NCBI RefSeq assembly: GCF_011745625.1 | Contig: NW_027191461.1 | Location: 124,001 to 188,000 of the forward strand | Source of the DNA: Cladosporium halotolerans | Lineage: Eukaryota | Direction: 5' to 3' | Length of the DNA stretch: 64,000 nucleotides | Part shown: positions 23,461 through 33,882 of the stretch, piece by piece | How the letters are laid out: the number at the start of each line of letters is the position of its first letter | Numbering within the stretch: position 1 is the first letter of the stretch | Position numbers and translations under genes: made by a program | Notes under the pieces: model-generated | What the model saw: the letters and a program-made list of their open reading frames with translations, nothing else | Databases searched by the model: none | Told to the model about the DNA's origin: nothing

Positions 23461-24177
23461 ATGCCATCCAGCAATGCCGGCATCCCCAATCCAATCCCCG
23501 CTCCAGCAGCTCCAGACTCGCACATTGACCACGCCACCGCCATCGCATACTGGTCTTCCACAGAGCCAACAGTCAACGGAGTCCTAGGCGGCTACCCACA
23601 GGTATCTCGCATCGACCTTCAAGGCAGCAGCAACTTCTTCGCCAAACTCCGCCGCTCGTCCAAGACACACCCGCCCAGCGCCGGCAAGCTTCGCCGAGCA
23701 GCAGACTGCGGCGCAGGCATTGGAAGGATCACCACCGGCTTCCTGAGTAACGTCGCGGAAACCGTCGACATCATCGAACCGGTCAAGGAGTTCACCGACA
23801 AGCTGAAAGCGGGCGAGGGCGGCGTCGGGGAGATCGTGAACGTGGGCTTGGAAGGCTGGTCGCCAAAGGGCCAGTACGATTTGGTGTGGAATCAGTGGTG
23901 CGTGGGCCAGTTGACGGACGCGCAGTTCGTCGAGTACCTGCGGCGGGTGACGGCGGCACTGAGCGCTGGCGGGTGGATTGTCGTCAAGGAGAATCTGAGC
24001 AATCACCACCTGGGCGAAGACGTGTTCGACGAGCTGGACAGCAGTGTCACGCGGACGGACGAGAAGTTCAGGGCACTATTCACAAAGGCTGGGTTGAAGA
24101 TCGTGGCGACAGAGCTGCAGAGGGGCATGCCTAAAGGTCTGTTCGAGGTCAGGGCGTACGCGCTGCAGCCGGTGTGA
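23461..24177 (+). CDS. NTM1: Alpha N-terminal protein methyltransferase 1 (Ntm1/Tae1)
   Basis: Motifs TVNGVLGGY, DCGAGIGRIT, YDLVWNQWC, VKEN and DSSVTR. Confidence 0.92.
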   Translation: MPSSNAGIPNPIPAPAAPDSHIDHATAIAYWSSTEPTVNGVLGGYPQVSRIDLQGSSNFFAKLRRSSKTHPPSAGKLRRAADCGAGIGRITTGFLSNVAETVDIIEPVKEFTDKLKAGEGGVGEIVNVGLEGWSPKGQYDLVWNQWCVGQLTDAQFVEYLRRVTAALSAGGWIVVKENLSNHHLGEDVFDELDSSVTRTDEKFRALFTKAGLKIVATELQRGMPKGLFEVRAYALQPV

Positions 24178-24282
24178 AGTCTGCATGGTCAAGACTGTTT
24201 AATAGACGAAATGAAAGTTGTGGATGAATCAAATTCATGTCTCGCGCCTGGACTATCTAGGTTTACAATTTTTACTAATCGC

Positions 24283-26931
24283 TTACATGTAATCGCTGGC
24301 CTGGGCGCGTCCACCTCTTCCACCGCCCATGAGACCGCGACGCGAAGGATGAATGTTTTCCAACGGATCCTCCACCGGCTTCGCACGGAGAGGAGGCGGT
24401 GGAGAGCGTTCGACCGAGCTTGAGTTTCTGCGCCGAGAGGGCAGCGACCGCGGTGGAGGCGATCTGCTAATTCGCCTGCGGCGAGGCGGAGATCGAGAAG
24501 GCGAACGAGAAACTTCGGATGCGGATCTGGCGCGTCGGCGGGGAGGAGACCGGGAACGGGAGAGGCTGCGATCCATTGGTGAAGGCGATCTTCGTCCACC
24601 TCGTTGGCGGGGAGGCGATGGTGTTCGTGAATAGCTCCTTTCTCTGCCATTCCGCCGGGGCGGGCTCGGTGAACGGCTATAACTCCCGGATCTTGCGCGG
24701 CGCGGTGAAGGTGATCTTGATGCCGAATAGCTTCTTGCTCGACGTCGCGGTGGTGTGCGAGAGCGAGAATTGGACGGCGAACGGGTATAACGAGCGTCCC
24801 TACCACGTCGTGGTGGTGTGCGGGAACGGGACCGCGAATCGGAGAGCGACCGAGAACGACTGTAGCTTCTCGCCCTACCGCGTGCCGGTGAGCGGGAGCG
24901 CGAGCCGGACCGGGAGCGAGAGGAGTAGCTGGAATAGCTACTGTAGCTCGATCTGCTATTACTGCGTCCACGAGAGCTACGCGAAGGACTCCTTGCCGGG
25001 GGCAGGGGAGCTGGTGCAGGCTTCGGCATGTTCTTCAACCACTCGCGCATGCCTTCGGTGAGGGCGCCCATCCCAATCGCCGTAAAGAAATTGATGCTGA
25101 AGCGAGTATTCTTCGGATCGTCGGTAGGGAATATGCCAGTAAGTGCTGGTTGAAGCTCGTCGTCTTTGAGACGCTCGGTCAATTGTTTCATGCCGACGCC
25201 TTGCGCTAGGTCTTCAATGAAGATCTTGATGAAAATGCGAGATGAAGATGTGGTCTCCTCCTCGTTCAAATGAACGCTGTGCAAGACGTGCCAGCCGATG
25301 GCATCAGTGGATAGCAGATGGGCAAAGAATTGAGCAATGATTCGAAGTCGGTTCGTTTCGTAACGGTGGATTGTGTCGTAGTACTTGGCGAACATGCTTT
25401 CAAACAGATCCCTCCATAATCTGTTGAGTTTGCAAAAGCGCTCGCCAATCAGGCCGAAAAATTTGTTGTAGGTACGCTCTTGACTGCAACACTCGATGAT
25501 CATGCTGGGAAGCTCGTCTTCCCGTCCAGCAGGCAGATTGATACGCATAAGCTTATGGCATGCCTCTTCGAAGACTCCTGATGACATGATCGTCAAGTAG
25601 ATAGAGCGACGGAGGTTGACGAGGTCGGTATTTGACTGGTCTTTGATCTCCATGGCCTTCTCGGCTTCGTCCTCGCTCTCTTCAGAATCGCTCGCATCTT
25701 CATCCTCGTCGTCGTCGTCGTCTTCGCTTCCAGAAGCTTCGCCAAGAACCTCGGCCTTGAATTTGCGATACTGCTCTTCGTTTGCCTCCCATTCCGGATC
25801 AAACTTGAAGATGTTTGTGCCTTCTTCGGTATTGAGCTGATCTTCCAGACTGGGCGAATGTGTGATCTGGTCCTCCTCTTCCACAAGGTCCAATTCTTCC
25901 TTCAGTGCTGGATTGTTTTTGTATTTGTCTTTTCGGATTTGGAAAAGCACTTCAATCATATACTGCACCCTTTTGTCGATGTCTGCCTCGTGCAAGATGC
26001 TCCTGAACTGGTCGTATACAGCCAAAGCAATCTGCGAATTCATTTCCTCCATGTGTTGACCAACTTCTTTGGTCAAGCCGACTGCGATCTCCACGCTATC
26101 ATCCGTTGGTTTGTGTAGAAGCAAAAGCAAGATTTGAGCAGCAAGCATCTCGTGCGCTACCTGCTGATTTATCAAATGCGCAATAAAGGCGGTACTGCTG
26201 TGACAAACACTTTTGTCGTTGCGCTTGAAAGCCTTCCGGAATTGGGTGATGAGCCGGTTGATTAGAAGCTCGCCCACCTTGGGTAACTTCGTATTGACGA
26301 TTGCAACCATGGCTGCGTAGATTGGAGTGAAGGGCAAACTGGCGGCCTGCGCTTTCATGATACTCCTGCAAAACAGGCCTCGCCCGCGGATCAGGTTCTC
26401 GTTGAATAGCTCCGGCACGATGTGTTTGATATTTGACACATTGACCTTGTTGATCAACCCGTTGATACTCTTCTTGAGGGCTTCCCATGCCATGCGCTGA
26501 TATTCCTTGGACGACTTGTCGGTGATTTGCGCCTGCAGTGCCTTCAGGCGGGCGGGAGGTATGTAGGTTCCACCTGACCGCATGTTCAGAAGTCGATCAT
26601 ATTCTGCCTTCGCCGCAGCCTGTTTCTCGGCCTCAGAGAGAGGTTTTGCGGGCGCCTGCTCTTCACGGTGGCGGTCGTCGAGCTGTCGCTTCCTTTCGAG
26701 CGCGCGTTCGCGATCGACATCGCGAGGGAGAGGTTCTCTGCGCCGGGGCGGCGAGCGCGAACGAGAATATGAACGTCGGCGAAGGGATGGTGCCTCACGG
26801 CGTGGGGACGGCGAGCGCGAAGGCGGCGCACGCTTCCGAGAGCTGCTGTCTGGTGCTGTGATTTCTCCGTCGACCGAGGACTGGCGCGTCGCGGGCTCTG
26901 CAACGGCGGCCATGGCAGTTTCGGCACTCAT
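24283..26931 (-). CDS. CWC22: Pre-mRNA splicing factor Cwc22 (MIF4G + MA3, RS-rich termini)
   Basis: Motifs RSGGTYIPPARL, YQRMAWEALKKSINGLINKVN and RFSINFFTAIGMGALTE. First ATG of the ORF (MSAETAM) is at 26931. Confidence 0.96.
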   Translation of the reverse strand: MSAETAMAAVAEPATRQSSVDGEITAPDSSSRKRAPPSRSPSPRREAPSLRRRSYSRSRSPPRRREPLPRDVDRERALERKRQLDDRHREEQAPAKPLSEAEKQAAAKAEYDRLLNMRSGGTYIPPARLKALQAQITDKSSKEYQRMAWEALKKSINGLINKVNVSNIKHIVPELFNENLIRGRGLFCRSIMKAQAASLPFTPIYAAMVAIVNTKLPKVGELLINRLITQFRKAFKRNDKSVCHSSTAFIAHLINQQVAHEMLAAQILLLLLHKPTDDSVEIAVGLTKEVGQHMEEMNSQIALAVYDQFRSILHEADIDKRVQYMIEVLFQIRKDKYKNNPALKEELDLVEEEDQITHSPSLEDQLNTEEGTNIFKFDPEWEANEEQYRKFKAEVLGEASGSEDDDDDEDEDASDSEESEDEAEKAMEIKDQSNTDLVNLRRSIYLTIMSSGVFEEACHKLMRINLPAGREDELPSMIIECCSQERTYNKFFGLIGERFCKLNRLWRDLFESMFAKYYDTIHRYETNRLRIIAQFFAHLLSTDAIGWHVLHSVHLNEEETTSSSRIFIKIFIEDLAQGVGMKQLTERLKDDELQPALTGIFPTDDPKNTRFSINFFTAIGMGALTEGMREWLKNMPKPAPAPLPPARSPSRSSRGRSNSRSSYSSYSSYSSRSRSGSRSRSPARGRARSYSRSRSLSDSRSRSRTPPRRGRDARYTRSPSNSRSRTPPRRRARSYSASRSPSPRRARSGSYSRSPSPPRRNGRERSYSRTPSPPRQRGGRRSPSPMDRSLSRSRSPPRRRARSASEVSRSPSRSPPRRRRISRSPPPRSLPSRRRNSSSVERSPPPPLRAKPVEDPLENIHPSRRGLMGGGRGGRAQASDYM

Positions 26932-27268
26932 TGCTCCATCCGGTGTAGGTTGACAGGTCCACTGGGCAGAGCTGCGAGCCACTTGGTGCTGTTGGCGAAT
27001 GCGCAGAATAATGAGCGTCGCTTTCTGGGTTGTAAGAAGAAGGTCTGTCGCTTGTCGCGCTGTAGACAGCGCACGGGCCACACTTCGTCACTCTGGCTCT
27101 TGATTTGCTTCACTGGAGGCGAGAGCCCTTAAAACTTGAACAGCATCCCGAATATTGCAGACAGAATCTGACAAGTGAAAACTGACATCGATGCAGCACG
27201 TTTCAAGTGCAGCACTGAGATCCTGTCGCATTCGCCACTTCAGTTGTCAAGCGAACGGATTAGCCCAC

Positions 27269-27853
27269 ATGAACCGTCCACGCAACGGCAACCGCCAGCC
27301 ACGGGCACCTCGCCAACAAAGTGGCACACCCGGACATCACCAAGCTCGCAGACCACGAGAATACAATGCAAATGTGCCGACTCTGCCACAAGTCACTCAA
27401 GGCGCAGCGGTCTCTATAGTTCTCAAGCAAGATCAACCGACAGGACGCGAGGTCCAAGGCGTCGTGCAAGATCTCTTGACGAAAGGGAACCATCCACGCG
27501 GCATCAAAGTTCGATTGACCGACGGCCGTGTGGGTCGAGTCCAAAGGATGGCATCTGAACATCCTGTAAATGACCAACCGCCGCTCCCCCAGTCACCGGC
27601 TGGTCTCACTGCGAGGAGAGAAGGTCGGCAGCCACCCACGTATCGGGACATAAGATACGAAGAATACCCTTCGGAACCGCCACCCCGTACACTCCTAGAT
27701 TTTTTGCCCGAGACCGAAGATCGTGATGATAGCGCGACAGCCCAGACGGAACCTATTAATTTCTCATCTGCCACATCAAAGTGCCCAATCTGCGGCAACT
27801 TTGAGGGCGACGAGGCCGCTGTAACCCACCACGTAGAAACTCATTTCACGTGA
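27269..27853 (+). CDS. YwbE/DUF2196-like domain protein with a C-terminal CCHH (UBZ-like) zinc finger
   Basis: VSIVLKQDQPTGREVQGVVQDLLTKGNHPRGIKVRLTDGRVGRVQ matches the YwbE pattern; ends with CPICGNFEGDEAAVTHHVETHF. Confidence 0.8.
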   Translation: MNRPRNGNRQPRAPRQQSGTPGHHQARRPREYNANVPTLPQVTQGAAVSIVLKQDQPTGREVQGVVQDLLTKGNHPRGIKVRLTDGRVGRVQRMASEHPVNDQPPLPQSPAGLTARREGRQPPTYRDIRYEEYPSEPPPRTLLDFLPETEDRDDSATAQTEPINFSSATSKCPICGNFEGDEAAVTHHVETHFT

Positions 27854-29562
27854 GACGCAAGCCACTACAATGCATGCGAACGATGCTCTCGTGCCTTCCG
27901 CTCAATGACTAAGCACCGCGGCAGACTGCCATGAAATGAAACCAATTCGTTCTGCTTTCTCAGGCGCTTCGAAGTTGAGCTCCGACGCATCTCGCCGCAA
28001 ACCATGCATTAGTCGCTGTGACACGAATGGCGGCATGGTTGTGGGTCGGAACAGGCCTGCAGACCGGATTTCTGCATTTTGGAGCCATCATCTTCACAAG
28101 CTTCGAGAACTGGATGAAAGTGTCACGTTTTTGCTCCTCCGACCTGCGCAAAGAACAACGCCCATGGCCTCTACTCAATTCGATCACTATTGCGAACGCT
28201 TTATGCGCATCTATTCACTGTCTATTAGCAGCTCTTTGGCGAAACAACTACAGCTGTCCTGCCAAACGACCTCCCTCTCATGCGGTCGGTCCACTGCAGC
28301 TCACGCGCGTAGCCGTTGCAAAGATCATTGGTTCTAGACATAATGAGGCGACTTTGCTATGGTGTGCAAGACTTGACCTGTTCCTCGTGGGTCACCAAAG
28401 ATGACTGTCCGTATTCAAAAGCGGACGTAAGCCGTCATGCGCTCTGTTCGGTCGCTCAGCAGCTCATCATCGCAGTAGTGGTCTCCAGCTTCAGTTATAG
28501 CTTGGTTACAAACTTACGGAATGAGGCTTGCCTAGCGTGACAGTCCCGTTGTTTTGACAGCTTAGGTCGTGCATCTTTCCGGCCGCTGTCACGGACCGCT
28601 TCCCAGCCTCCCCGGCAATGTCGCTACCACACGCGCATTCAAACCGGCTCGCACTACCTTGAGCGCTCGTATGTGCACTCTCCAGGCTGATCAACCAGCT
28701 TTGACAGTACCCCCTACCTGGTTGGCCCGCCTCAGGCCCATGCGCTGTGCGCGGGCGATTGCGCGAGACTCAAGCATCCCCTCGCATGCTCAAGAGCTTT
28801 CACTCGCTACCAACCCAGTGTTGCAGGGAGCATAGATGCCGGCGTCACATAAACGAACGGGTTTCCATCGGGTGGCATGGCCAGCGCATAGGCAAAGGCG
28901 ATTGCCTCTGGGCCGTAAGTATGTTTGATGGTTCAGAGGCCGCTCGATTTTCGGTCACATCTTCCGCAACATCAAACTCGCTCAAACGTGGCTCTGACCC
29001 CGGTGTTGAAGACTGAGTAAAAGAAATACAAAGGACTGCATGTGGAGCCTGAGGAGTCTCCTCGACTTTTGTATTGCCCCAAATCTCTGGTCTACGCGGT
29101 CTTGCTGTTCGTTTCGCGGCTTCTACCAACGGGCGGTTTTTTTCTTCTTCTTTTCTGTGGCAGATTTGGTTTTGCGTTTTTTGGATTTCCCCAAGAATGC
29201 AAGTCCTGTCCTTGAGCTTCAAAGCTCTTCTTGCCGCTCACTGACCCTTTTTCTCAACCTCAGTCCGCTCAAGCAGACGTCGATTCTCACTGCAATCATC
29301 CGCTTTGAAGGCGCATGTCAAGACGAACAGCGTACAAGACCTCACCGCAAAGTTCAGGCGTCACTCTTGATGGAGTAGAGTGACAGAAGTGGCTTCACCG
29401 CTTCACAGCCGCTGTCATCTTGCTGTCGACCCTGCGTCTTCCCTGAATGTAAACCAGCGTTTTTGCAGCAACTGTCCGCTCCGCGTCCTCAACCCGCACA
29501 ACTACTGCGCAAAGCCTTACACTTCGACGTAACGCGCCCGACTACTTGCCATTACCCGCATC

Positions 29563-31141
29563 ATGTCGCAGATGCGCAATGCTCCATACTACCCGAACCT
29601 GCACGATCAGATGGCGGTGAATACATCTTGTGTGCCAGACACGGCATACACGCCGTACCCATTCACACCGAACGATCTTCAGAGCATGCCTTTCAGGTGG
29701 CATCCCTCTGTGTATCCGCAAAGACCGGACAACTATCGTCCCACCTACGGACAGCCTTTCCGAAACGCGATGGCTAAGCAGCAGCACGCTATCGGCGGTG
29801 CCACTTGGATGCCGCAAATTGACAGTGGCCATAAGAATTCTCAGTACCCGCCAATGCGCCATTCCGAGTCACAAACATACCAACAGCAGTCGGAGCTTCA
29901 AACGCAGCCTTCCTCCTTCTTTGATGAGCAGATGGAATATCGCCCGGAGCAGTCTGCACTTTTCAACCCGCTTGCAAGTCACGCATCATACAATGGCAGC
30001 CTACCTCGTCTAAACAATTCGGTGGCGCCTTTCGGAACCAGTCACGCGCAGCCCATCATGGCCGACGCTCGTTTCATGAACAAACGTGATGAGGCACCAT
30101 CCACGCTCCAGATTGTCACCCACGTTGATACTGCACAGTACCAGCCCGTTCGTCCGGAAGATTGGGGGACAGCATCAATCGAGTGCGGGCTTGACGGCGA
30201 TTATGACGATGCTCTGTCTCCAACGTCGACTACGGCAACAAGCCATGGACCATACACTCCAATTGGGTCGGACGGAGACGTTGGTTTCCCAGAACCTGTC
30301 CTACGTCGCATATCTCAAGACTTGAGCTCAAGCTTTGGCTCTACCGGTGAAGGCATGTTTGGAACCATGCATCGCAGCTTTGACATCCCGCCAAGTGGGT
30401 TCGTTCCAACTGTAAGCAATCCAATGACTTTGCGCGCTTCGTCGTTGAGCTTGCAATACGGCCATCATGAGGATACTCGCTATGCTGGGCTGCCGTTCGT
30501 GAAGGAGAACGTCGATGGGTATCCGGCCAATGATCGCCTCCGCGACAGCCGGTCTTTGATGGATCATGTATCCTTCCGTGATCTCGACGGTCTACCGTCT
30601 AACATTCCACTCTCGCAGATCAAGCGAGAGCCACTTTTGAACCTGCGCTCCAAGAGCAATGGCGAAATCTCTCAAACAGCTGCGAAGGATGACCAGAATG
30701 CCGACAACGAACCCTCGAGCCGTAGCAACCGCGACAAGTATCTCCTCGACATGCGTGAGAAGGGCTTCACTTACAGAGACATCAAGCGCCAAGGACGCTT
30801 CCACGAAGCCGAATCGACTTTGCGTGGACGCGTTCGCGTGCTTACCAAGGATAAGTCGGAAAGAGTCAGAAAGCCGGAGTGGAGCGAGAACGATGTAGGT
30901 TGCCGTCCCCGTCGCTGGTTGAAGAGGCTATCCGCGGAGCTGACATTTACCGCAGATCCAACTGCTTCGGCGTGCAGTTTCAGTGCACAAGAAGCGCCGG
31001 GAAGATGGGGCTTACGTACGCCGCCGTGACGGTAAGCTGCCGTGGAAGCGCATTGCGATCTGGGTGAAGGAGAACGGCGGAAGCTACATGTTCGCTCCTG
31101 CCACCTGCGCGAAGAAATACGATGACATTGGAGGTCGCTGA
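29563..31141 (+). CDS. Fungal Myb/SANT-like DNA-binding protein
   Basis: Exons 29563-30894 and 30956-31141 (GTAGGT..GCTGAC..GCAG). Long low-complexity N-terminus, then TYRDIK..EAESTLRGRVRVLTK..RVRKPEWSEND|IQLL..LPWKRIA..ATCAKKY. Confidence 0.75.
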
Positions 31142-31618
31142 GGAGAGGTCGGAATTGCTTTGCTGGTGACATTGCTTTCAGGGATATGTCATTGGGTTAC
31201 GGTTGTTTCCACAATCATGGTTGGAATTACAGGCGATCAACGTAGTTGGTTCCCAGAGCCAGCTACAACTCCTCACGGAGATGCATGTTGATTGGGAAGG
31301 CTCTCAGTTTGTACGATAACGAAGTTAGTGGAAACAGGTTACTTGAGCAGGATCAATAGAATAATAATGCAAGGCGATGATCATCATAAACCTTGGGTAC
31401 GCTCACGCAGGGAAGCTTGTCCATTGCTGTGATATCTTAGAAGAGTACAACAAGGTTCTCATCCTTCTTCTGTGAGCTGCTCTTAATTCCTGACGCATTC
31501 CTTCCACCCTTGATCTTTCTTTCAGGTTCCAAATGCACGCGTGTAGACGGTGCGCGTTTGACCCTCTCGTGCCTTTGCTTGAAGTCGCCCGAGCTCCCAG
31601 GTCCTCTCAATTGCAGCT

Positions 31619-32402
31619 TCAGTATGCCACGTGCCACAAGAACGGGCGTAATAGATCGTCTCTCATGACGTTAGCCATATGAGACTGTTGCAGCTCAACT
31701 TGTACCTCCCAGGCCTGCTTATGCTCATTCTTCGGCAATAGGATAGCTTCATTGTTGCCGATGTCCCGCGCAATCCTCCGAATCGCATCTGGCTCGCCCA
31801 TCCCTAGGCCCATGTCCATCTCGTACTCCTCAGAGTCTGGTGTCATTGTCCAGTCATGTACAATCAGCTGGGCGGCCGGGAGGTTTTGTGTCTTCGGATC
31901 AGCGTTCATAAGATTGATCCTCGAGCGGACAAGTAGATCCGATGCCGCTGTCTTCGCTGCGGAATGGATAATTGTAGCTGTACGCTCGATAGTCGACAGG
32001 TCGTAGTACATGCCGAGGGTGTTCATGCCCTGACTGGCAACTACAGGTACTTCAGCATTCCCCATCCAATGAGGGCCTAGTGGCGGCAAGAGGTGGCCGC
32101 GTATATCCTCGGAGAACGACACGGACGACGTGGAGGCATTGCCTCCACTGGTAGTACCGCCAGCTGCCCATCTTCCGCGCGTGAATGCCCGCCAGACAAT
32201 GGCGATGAGGACGTCACGTGCTGTGACGGCTTCTGGTGGCAGAACCCCAGTGTTTCTGGCTCGTAGCCTGCGGCGGGCGTTGATCATCTCAGTGGTCTCA
32301 CTGAGAATCTTGAGCTTGAAGCTGAGGACACCAGCTTGGTTGGCGGGCTGGGGGAGGGCACTAGAAATTTCATTTTTAGTCAGTCCACGCGAAAGTCCCG
32401 TC

Positions 32403-32443
<41 letters not shown>

Positions 32444-33064
32444 CTGCTGCTGGTAGATGTCCCGCGCAAGAGCCAGGAATGCGGGAGCTCCATTGCCCTC
32501 CGAGAGACGTGAGCGCGCCAGAGATACTGCCATGGCCTCCTGGTCCAGAGTGTCCTGGTCCAGCGCGCGGAGAGGCATGCCCTCAGACATCAAGCGGAGG
32601 ATTGTGGTCACTCCCTTGATGTCTGCAGCGGCATGGTGCAGACAGATGACCAGGATGAGGCCACCTTCGATAAAATTGGCCTGTATGGCACAGGCGCGTT
32701 GCTCTGCGGCATTGGAGGTACCAGAGCAAGGTAAGAGGCTCTCGCCGGTCATATGTCTCGGTGCAAAGCCATGCCGGAGGATCGTAGCGTAGCTTTCACT
32801 GGTGGCGCTGAGATCCGTGATCGATGCCGTAAAGCTATCGACCTCTTGTAACGTTACTCTGATGGCCATATGGCTCATTTCGTTCAGGTATACTTTCCCT
32901 GCAAGCATAGGGATCTCGTTGACAAGGCTCTTTACGGCCTTGTTGAGCTTCTCCACGATAGCGTTGATGGATCCATTGTTGGGTTTCCTTGGAAATGCGA
33001 ATGCGTATCTTAAGTACGTATGCCCAGCGGCTTGATCGAGGGTTGATAGGGTGAAAGTTGCCAT
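31619..33064 (-). CDS. Tri101-like CoA-dependent acyltransferase (transferase family)
   Basis: Single-exon 481 aa with LSTLDQ, IPMLAGKV, IQANFIEGGLILVICLHHAAAD (HxxxD) and DMGLGMGEPDAIRR (DFGxG-like). Confidence 0.8.
32402..32452 (-). repeat. CAG/CAA trinucleotide repeat encoding Q17
   Basis: 17 consecutive CAG/CAA codons in the acyltransferase ORF. Confidence 0.95.
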
Positions 33065-33882
33065 GTTGTCGATACTAATATCAGGAAAAATGGAGTGGCG
33101 GGTATGTAGGATGGCTGACGGAGGGGTTTTGAAGGTGTGAGGTTTGCAGTATTGACTGGAGGGGAAATTTGAGGTCAGGTCAAACTACGTCTTTGGACAT
33201 TGAATGCGGCAGGAACGACCTTCCGTGACATGTGATCGTAGAAGCGTGCGAGAAGCTTGGGGTGTATTGTGGACAGTGACACTAACAATTCATCAACGAG
33301 CTGCCGTCGCTCACAATGTAATTCGATCGTTTTTCGCGGCTGCCTGGAGACATTGTCAGCACCATCAAATTCTTGTTGTGCTCTTCGGTAGTTATTGACC
33401 TGCATTGGTCCCACCATCGTCGGTGAGGTGTGCTCGCAGAGACTTGTCTGCCCCAAAACATTAAGCCGCTCGCCGACTCGTGCGCAGCCATGGATTACCG
33501 GTTTGTAGTGTCAGTCGTATCCACGTGCCAAACCCTTCTTCAGCTTTTGTCACCACATCAATGTCTGTCACGAGCCTGCTGCCTTCGTTGCGGGCCCGGG
33601 GCGCTTACCTGACATCGTTTGATACACTGGTTTGGCGCAAAAAAGGACAATCGACAGTATCATCTGTTTGCCTACAAGCGACCAAGGCAATGTAAGTAGT
33701 ATTGGATAGGTGCAGTGTTTTGGCAGTTCTCGAAGGATTATACATCATGCCCCCTTGCCATGTTTTTGTTTTGCAAACAATGAGAATCTTGCGCGAGATG
33801 GGCAAGACCTGACGTTAGAACATCTTGGCAGTAGATGTAAGAGCGCATTCTGACCACATGGTTCCCATACTGCTGTGCCCAT

